Shown: positions 58,412 to 64,000 of the stretch, one piece after another
How the letters are laid out: every line of letters begins with the position of its first letter
Numbering within the stretch: the first letter of the stretch is position 1
Assembly (NCBI GenBank): GCA_020049775.1
Contig: JAGVLO010000010.1
Span: 5,910 to 69,909 of the forward strand
Length of the DNA stretch: 64,000 nucleotides
Source of the DNA: Alphaproteobacteria bacterium
GTDB taxonomy: Bacteria > Pseudomonadota > Alphaproteobacteria > Rickettsiales > SXRF01
Direction of reading: 5' to 3'
Position numbers and translations under genes: made by a program
Notes under the pieces: model-generated
The model's database searches: none
Seen by the model: only the letters and a program-made list of their open reading frames with translations
What the model was told of the DNA's origin: nothing

Positions 58412-58957
58412 ATGTACCCGATGGGCATTAAGAAAACCACCACCAAATCCGCTGCGGCCAAGGCTAAAAAAGCCGCCCCCGTAGCCATTATTATGGGCAG
58501 CACCTCCGACTGGGAGACCATGCAACATGCGGCCCAGACGCTCGACGGCCTGAAAGTGCCATACAGCAAGCAAGTCGTATCTGCCCACCGCACACCTGAG
58601 CGGCTTTATGGCTTTGCAAAAAACGCCCAGAAAAACGGTATTCAGGTGATTATCGCCGGAGCGGGTGGCGCTGCGCATTTACCGGGCATGACCGCTTCCA
58701 TGACCACCCTGCCCGTGCTTGGCGTACCTGTTTCCAGCAAGTCCTTAAACGGACTGGACAGCCTGCTTTCCATCGCCCAGATGCCTGGCGGCATTCCGGT
58801 TGGCACGCTGGCCATCGGTAAGGCAGGAGCTATCAATGCCGGACTTATGGCCGCTTCGATCCTTGCGCTGCATGACTCTGCACTAGCCAAGCGCCTTGCT
58901 GACTGGCGTAGCCGCCAGACCAAGAGCGTACCCGTAAACCCTGTCCCCAAGCCATGA
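58412..58957 (+). CDS. purE: N5-carboxyaminoimidazole ribonucleotide mutase
   Basis: [14 protein letters not shown]...SAHRTP...[10 protein letters not shown]. Short Lys/Ala-rich N-terminal extension. Confidence 0.94.
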   Translation: MYPMGIKKTTTKSAAAKAKKAAPVAIIMGSTSDWETMQHAAQTLDGLKVPYSKQVVSAHRTPERLYGFAKNAQKNGIQVIIAGAGGAAHLPGMTASMTTLPVLGVPVSSKSLNGLDSLLSIAQMPGGIPVGTLAIGKAGAINAGLMAASILALHDSALAKRLADWRSRQTKSVPVNPVPKP

Positions 58958-60081
58958 ACAGCAAGCCTGCCAAGCCCAAAAAGCTGGAGGATGACTCGAA
59001 GTCACCGCCACCCCTGCGGCCCGGATCTACCATCGGTATCCTCGGCGGCGGTCAACTTGGCCGCATGACTGCCATGGCTGCAGCCGACATGGGCTACCAT
59101 GTGCATGTGTTCTGTCCGGAGGAAGACGCACCCGCTATCGAAGTCGCTAAATCTGTAACCAACGCTTCGTACCGCAATGAAAACGCCATGGCACGCTTTG
59201 CCAGCGGCGTCGATGTGGTTACCTATGAATTCGAGAATATTCCACTTGGTCCGGTGGAAGAACTGGCAAAGCTGGTGCCGGTGCGCCCCAGCCCGCATGT
59301 GTTGAAAATCTCGCAGCACCGTGTGCTGGAAAAAGAAGCGCTCAATGCCATGGGCGTCGCTACCACCCCTTTCCGCCCCGTCAATTCCGCGCAGGAACTG
59401 GTGGCCGCCACTAATGCGCTGGGTTTGCCATCCGTACTTAAAACCGCGCAGATGGGCTATGACGGCAAGGGCCAAATAATGATTGATGCCACGCGCCATG
59501 TGCCTTCCGTGTGGCCGGAACTGAAATGCGACGAAGCCATACTCGAGGGATTTGTGCGTTTCCGCATGGAAATATCGGTTATCGTTGCCCGCGATATTTT
59601 GGGAAATGTCGAATGCTACTGCCCTGTGCAAAATAAGCATGAGCATCATATTCTTGCTGAAACCATCGCCCCCGCCCCCATTCCGGAAGCACTGGCTGCC
59701 AAGGCAGAAGACATCGCGCGGCGCATTGCGATTGGCCTTGATTTAATAGGGTTGATGGCAGTGGAAATGTTTGTCACGCGTGATGATGACATATTGGTCA
59801 ATGAACTCGCACCGCGCCCGCACAATTCCGGCCACTGGACCATGGACGCCTGCATCACCAGCCAGTTCCAGCAGGTAGTGCGTGCCGTCTGCGGCTTGCC
59901 GCTTGGCTCACCGGAACATCTGCGCAAAGCACGCATGATAAACCTGATTGGTGATGACGTATTGAACTGGGAACGCCACACCACCGCCCCCAACGCCAAA
60001 ATTCATTTATACGGTAAAAAAGAAGTCCGCCCCGGCCGCAAAATGGGGCATGTCACCTTCCTTCAGGAAAACAACGAATAA
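58954..60081 (+). CDS. purK: N5-carboxyaminoimidazole ribonucleotide synthase
   Basis: [15 protein letters not shown]-grasp body, and C-terminal GRKMGHV. 4-nt overlap with purE. Confidence 0.93.
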   Translation: MNSKPAKPKKLEDDSKSPPPLRPGSTIGILGGGQLGRMTAMAAADMGYHVHVFCPEEDAPAIEVAKSVTNASYRNENAMARFASGVDVVTYEFENIPLGPVEELAKLVPVRPSPHVLKISQHRVLEKEALNAMGVATTPFRPVNSAQELVAATNALGLPSVLKTAQMGYDGKGQIMIDATRHVPSVWPELKCDEAILEGFVRFRMEISVIVARDILGNVECYCPVQNKHEHHILAETIAPAPIPEALAAKAEDIARRIAIGLDLIGLMAVEMFVTRDDDILVNELAPRPHNSGHWTMDACITSQFQQVVRAVCGLPLGSPEHLRKARMINLIGDDVLNWERHTTAPNAKIHLYGKKEVRPGRKMGHVTFLQENNE

Positions 60082-60085
60082 CGCG

Positions 60086-60601
60086 TCAGCGCTGCTGGCA
60101 CGTATTGCAGGATTGTTCAGCAGCATTGGCCTGTGACTCGCGCAAGCGTTCCACATTTTTGCCTTCCTGTAGCTCAGGCGTTGGCTGTTGCTGCTGCGGG
60201 AATACGCCGCGCGCATGGCCCAATTCAAATTCATTCAGGTATTTCTCGTAGCCCTTGACCTGATTGGTGCGGCGGGTGCTTTCCGTACTGGTAAATGCAC
60301 CACCCACGCCCCCAAGAAAAGCGCCTGTCAATGCAATGGCAGGTAACAACGGCAAGGCAAAAAGTCCGATACCTGCGCCTATCGCTGCACCTATCAACGC
60401 ACCCATGGTAACATTGCGCAGTGTGTGCGGCTCTTGTTTGGGCGACATTTGCTGAAATTCATACCACGACATCGGCTCGGCGCTGGTCTTTTTGGAAAGA
60501 TATTCGGCCTTGCTCTGAAGGTCAGTCAGCAGCTGGTGATTCTTGGTGCTGCGATTGACATCGTCAATCATCATGAAATTGATTAAATCGAAATCACTCA
60601 T
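60086..60601 (-). CDS. Hypothetical membrane protein with glycine-zipper TM hairpin
   Basis: GALIGAAIGAGIGLFALPLLPAIALTGAFLGGVGGAF flanked by polar domains. Convergent with purK, with 4 nt between the stops. Confidence 0.5.
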   Translation of the reverse strand: MSDFDLINFMMIDDVNRSTKNHQLLTDLQSKAEYLSKKTSAEPMSWYEFQQMSPKQEPHTLRNVTMGALIGAAIGAGIGLFALPLLPAIALTGAFLGGVGGAFTSTESTRRTNQVKGYEKYLNEFELGHARGVFPQQQQPTPELQEGKNVERLRESQANAAEQSCNTCQQR

Positions 60602-60740
60602 AAGGTTCTCCGCGTTACAGAATTAGGCCTTTACAGCAGGCTATGGGGTTTACTATAAGCCGTAATAGACTATTTCTTAAGTTACAATTTGGTGAAGCCC
60701 GCCCAACATGACTAATATATTGAAAAAATTAGAGGAATCC

Positions 60741-62135
60741 ATGAATAAGCCACGCGTTGAATCTGATAGCTTTGGTAATATCGACGTACCCGCCGACCGT
60801 TACTGGGGCGCACAGACCCAGCGCTCGCTGCAGAACTTCAAGATTGGCGGCGAAACCATGCCCAAGGCGCTAATAACAGCATTTGGCATCCTCAAGCTGG
60901 CCGCTGCACGCGTCAACATGCAGCTGGGTGTAATGGATAAAGCCATCGGTGACAAGATTATCGCCGCCTCTTCCGAAGTCATAGACGGCAAGATGGACGG
61001 CCATTTCCCGCTGGTTGTTTGGCAGACCGGATCCGGCACGCAGACTAACATGAACGTCAACGAAGTGATTTCTAACCGTGCCATCGAACTTTCCGGTGGC
61101 GAAATGGGCAGCAAAAAACCTGTTCACCCGAATGACCATGTGAATATGGGCCAGTCGTCCAACGACAGCTTCCCCACCGCCATGCATATCGCCGCCGCCG
61201 AGGAAATCCACAACAGCCTTGTCCCTGCACTCAAGCAGTTACACAACGCATTGGCTGCTAAATCCAAAGAATTTAAGGACATCATCAAAATCGGCCGCAC
61301 CCATATGATGGATGCCACGCCGCTGACACTCGGGCAGGAATTCTCCGGCTATGCCAAACAGGTGGAAAACAGCATCCGCCGTGCAGAAGCCGTGCTGCCA
61401 GCACTTTATGAATTGGCGCAAGGCGGCACTGCGGTAGGCACCGGCTTAAATGCCAAGAAAGGTTTTGCCGAAGCCTTTGCCAAGGAAGTAGCCAGCATCA
61501 CCAAGCTGCCGTTCGTCACTGCCCCCAATAAATTCGAGGCACTCGCCACCCACGACGCGCTCGTGGAAGCATCAGGCTCGCTCAACACCATTGCCGTATC
61601 GCTGATGAAAGTAGCCAACGACATACGCCTGCTCGGATCCGGCCCGCGCTGCGGCCTTGGTGAACTTTCATTGCCAGAAAACGAGCCGGGCAGCTCCATC
61701 ATGCCGGGTAAAGTAAACCCCACCCAGTCCGAAGCGCTGACCATGGTCTGCGCGCAGGTGATGGGCAACCATGTAGCCGTCACTATCGGCGGCTCAAACG
61801 GCCATTTCGAGCTTAATGTGTTCAAGCCGGTGATTATCTATAACGTGCTGCAGTCCATCCGCCTGCTGGCAGACGCCGCCGTCAGCTTTACCGACAATTG
61901 CGTGGTCGGCATCGAAGCCAACAAGGAGCGCATCAACAAGCTGATGAACGAATCGCTCATGCTGGTCACCGCCCTTAACCCCCATATCGGCTATGACAAT
62001 GCTGCCAAAATCGCCAAGAAAGCGCATAAGGAGCATACCTCCCTTAAAGCCGCCGGCATTGCCCTTGGCCTGCTCACCGCCGAGCAGTTCGACGAATGGG
62101 TGCGCCCCGAGACGATGGTAGGCCCGAAGGGGTAG
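60741..62135 (+). CDS. fumC: Class II fumarate hydratase
   Basis: [29 protein letters not shown] aligns with the canonical FumC N-terminus. Signature [22 protein letters not shown] lies upstream of the ATG at 60741; the ORF-track start at 60708 is also possible. Confidence 0.95.
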   Translation: MNKPRVESDSFGNIDVPADRYWGAQTQRSLQNFKIGGETMPKALITAFGILKLAAARVNMQLGVMDKAIGDKIIAASSEVIDGKMDGHFPLVVWQTGSGTQTNMNVNEVISNRAIELSGGEMGSKKPVHPNDHVNMGQSSNDSFPTAMHIAAAEEIHNSLVPALKQLHNALAAKSKEFKDIIKIGRTHMMDATPLTLGQEFSGYAKQVENSIRRAEAVLPALYELAQGGTAVGTGLNAKKGFAEAFAKEVASITKLPFVTAPNKFEALATHDALVEASGSLNTIAVSLMKVANDIRLLGSGPRCGLGELSLPENEPGSSIMPGKVNPTQSEALTMVCAQVMGNHVAVTIGGSNGHFELNVFKPVIIYNVLQSIRLLADAAVSFTDNCVVGIEANKERINKLMNESLMLVTALNPHIGYDNAAKIAKKAHKEHTSLKAAGIALGLLTAEQFDEWVRPETMVGPKG

Positions 62136-62283
62136 ACTTCAACAATCTGGTATTGCTGGATATTCCCAAAATGGGGCGTAGCATGCAAATCCGGAATGCC
62201 CCTATCCCATTAAAATGGATTGACAAAGCTTACTTTATTAACTAATAATTAACCAATAACTTCGCCTAATGGGATTATGAATT

Positions 62284-62583
62284 ATGGTAGATGAACCGCC
62301 TAATGACTCGCCAGCAAAAAGGGCGCCGATGGATTATAAGCAGGAAGAATTCAGCCTGCGCCGTGGCACACCTGTTTTACCAAGGTTACCCGGAGAAGGT
62401 GATTCTGATTATACCCACAGAGTGGAAGCCATATATTATGCCCGTATAAAAAACTTTAGGAGCAACAGGGCATCGTTTACTGACGAACAATATGCGCTTG
62501 AAGACAAAATCTTAGATGCAATGCATGATGCTTTGGACTTAATTGCACTCCGGAGAAATCCGGACGGTCGCGCTAGCGGTTAA
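62284..62583 (+). CDS. Hypothetical small protein (99 aa)
   Basis: Isolated ORF in an AT-richer stretch with no recognised family. Weak support only. Confidence 0.35.
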   Translation: MVDEPPNDSPAKRAPMDYKQEEFSLRRGTPVLPRLPGEGDSDYTHRVEAIYYARIKNFRSNRASFTDEQYALEDKILDAMHDALDLIALRRNPDGRASG

Positions 62584-62603
62584 CACAATAATTGCTGATT
62601 AGG

Positions 62604-64000
62604 TTAGTTAATGGCGTTGGTGGGAGGCGTTACCTCTTCCAGCGCTTTTTTCATGGCTTCGTTTTCAGCAAAGCTCTTGGGGCGTGAATCCACAGGGCGC
62701 GTAGTATCAAATTTAGGTGTAGCTTTGCCCGCGACCATACGCTCTTGCCAACTAAGCTGACTTTCCGAAGCAGAGCTTTTAGAAGCAAGATCTTCTGTGC
62801 GCTCGGCATGTGTTTTGATAAAATCCACCGGCGCGGACTGGTCGGTTTTGATGCGGCGCTGTGCTTCCGCTTCACGTTGCGGGTCAGCAAGTTTTTGTTT
62901 GGTTACGGCGCGCCAAACTTCACCCGCACCCGCCTTGAACTCACCCCAGTTAAAGCTGGTTGCGCCATTAATCAGGCGCTCAATTGCCGTGTCCGTTTTG
63001 CCATCGTCCCACAAATTGGCAAACTCTGCCTTGGCATACATGTACGGGGTGTAAGCAACCGCCGCATTAATAAAGTCAGGCGCAACTTCTCTTAACTGAT
63101 CTATACCCAGTTTTTGTTTTACATAAGTGCCGCCATACGGGCTGGTAGCAGAATCAATTCGTTCCGCAATACCTTCACGCTTAATAACATAGTCAACAAC
63201 TTGTTTATTGACTCCTCCGATTGCATCGAATGTTTTATCTACCAGTTTTTTTCCATGTGAATATGGAGCAAATTCTTCTGGGATTGGATTAGGGAAATTA
63301 GGGGTTGTGCGATGCCATCCACCATCGTGATAGTCAGAATAATAAACATTTTCTGAGATCATACTATTTGTGTGGTGTACACGAACAGAATTCTTGCGAG
63401 TGCCATCATCATGGCCAAGAATACCTTTTTCCGGATGTACAAATGCAGCTTTATGTTTAGATTGCGCAGTACGCGTAATCCAGAAGAACGGCACGGCAGG
63501 CGCCATGTAAATGCCCGCCTTGATAATGCTCCGCGCTGTCCATTTGCCAAGGTCACCGATTTTCTCGAGTATGCCTTTTTTGCCATGGTCTGCATCCGGC
63601 GCACCATATAATGCGGAGGGCTTTCCCGCTATTTTATCTGCAACATGGTTGTATGCTTCACGGTACATCAGCGTACCCATGTTATACACCATGAAACGGC
63701 TCTGCAGGTCGATAGCGCCTTCTACGCCATACGAGCCTTTGATTTTATTTTCATCATCCATTTTAAACGCGCCGCCATTGAGGCTGCGATCAAAATCATA
63801 TTTGAACCCGGGGCTGAAATGGTTGATGACCGAGCGTTGCGCCTTCATGAAATATACGTAAGGAATGGCTACTGCCCAGTCCTCGCCACCATTGTAAGAC
63901 AAATAGCGCCATGCGGTCTTGGCAATATTTTTGACGGTAGCAGTAATGCTGAATTTGCCCTTTTCGTCATGCCAGGCTTTTTGTTTGATGTTGGGGTCAA
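62604..64000 (-). CDS. Hypothetical protein, partial (N-terminus beyond window end), at least 465 aa
   Basis: The ORF-track start at 63902 is a TTG. By hand translation the frame stays open to 64000 (...DPNIKQKAWHDEKGKFSITATVKNIAKTAWRY-LSYNGGEDW...). Hydrophobic or amphipathic segments (SIIKAGIYMAPAVPFFWI). No family recognised. Confidence 0.6.
   Translation of the reverse strand, partial: DPNIKQKAWHDEKGKFSITATVKNIAKTAWRYLSYNGGEDWAVAIPYVYFMKAQRSVINHFSPGFKYDFDRSLNGGAFKMDDENKIKGSYGVEGAIDLQSRFMVYNMGTLMYREAYNHVADKIAGKPSALYGAPDADHGKKGILEKIGDLGKWTARSIIKAGIYMAPAVPFFWITRTAQSKHKAAFVHPEKGILGHDDGTRKNSVRVHHTNSMISENVYYSDYHDGGWHRTTPNFPNPIPEEFAPYSHGKKLVDKTFDAIGGVNKQVVDYVIKREGIAERIDSATSPYGGTYVKQKLGIDQLREVAPDFINAAVAYTPYMYAKAEFANLWDDGKTDTAIERLINGATSFNWGEFKAGAGEVWRAVTKQKLADPQREAEAQRRIKTDQSAPVDFIKTHAERTEDLASKSSASESQLSWQERMVAGKATPKFDTTRPVDSRPKSFAENEAMKKALEEVTPPTNAIN

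Noticed and set aside
58249-58593. 114-aa minus-strand ORF spanning the purE upstream region and 5' end
   Set aside because: It overlaps the well-supported purE start, has Cys/Trp-rich odd composition, and shows no SD or family motif.
62170-62215. Possible fumC terminator (ggggc...gcccc)
   Set aside because: A 5-bp stem with a roughly 20-nt loop and no U-tract is too weak to call.
1-64000. Searched by eye for tRNA, rRNA, tmRNA or RNase P genes, transposases, integrases, phage genes, toxin-antitoxin pairs and known defence-system signatures
   Set aside because: None were recognised. All intergenic gaps are about 330 nt or shorter and none showed a cloverleaf or conserved RNA motif. This is a by-eye negative, not an exhaustive computation; tRNAscan, Infernal and defence-finder type tools would settle it.

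Overview
Gene-dense chromosomal segment with no recognisable mobile DNA. It looks alphaproteobacterial: a Mic60/mitofilin-like gene sits between hemD and a HemY-like gene, NDUFS4-like, HIG1-like and zf-CHCC small proteins are present, and so are ETF, GatCAB and a bifunctional Rsh/SpoT. I cannot name the organism from sequence alone.

I support about 60 CDS. Most are housekeeping genes: nth, nadE, etfBA, rlmE, rodA, spoT, pdxJ, acpS, hemD, gatCAB, ruvX, plsY, dprA, topA, rnr, purEK, fumC. A cobalamin riboswitch precedes a BtuB-like TonB-dependent receptor.

The one large functional island is an 11-gene Tad/Cpa (Flp-type) pilus locus at 16.6-28.8 kb, arranged as two convergent modules. I could find no flp pilin or prepilin peptidase gene inside it.

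I found no rRNA, tRNA, CRISPR array, transposase, integrase or recognisable defence system.

The parts worth a second look:
- Orphan ORFs wedged into conserved operons: two between gatC and gatA, and one between spoT and pdxJ.
- A small conserved-looking ORF followed by a 921-aa largely disordered protein.
- A TAXI-type binding protein paired with a DAACS symporter instead of a TRAP permease.
- A TadD-like lipoprotein fused to 38-aa Lys/Ala/Glu repeats.
- A Mic60-like protein with a 5x21-nt heptad repeat.
- A perfect 27-bp AT palindrome.
- An orphan cluster at the right edge.

I see no clear-cut novel system. All functional calls come from motif recognition by eye and need database or structure confirmation.
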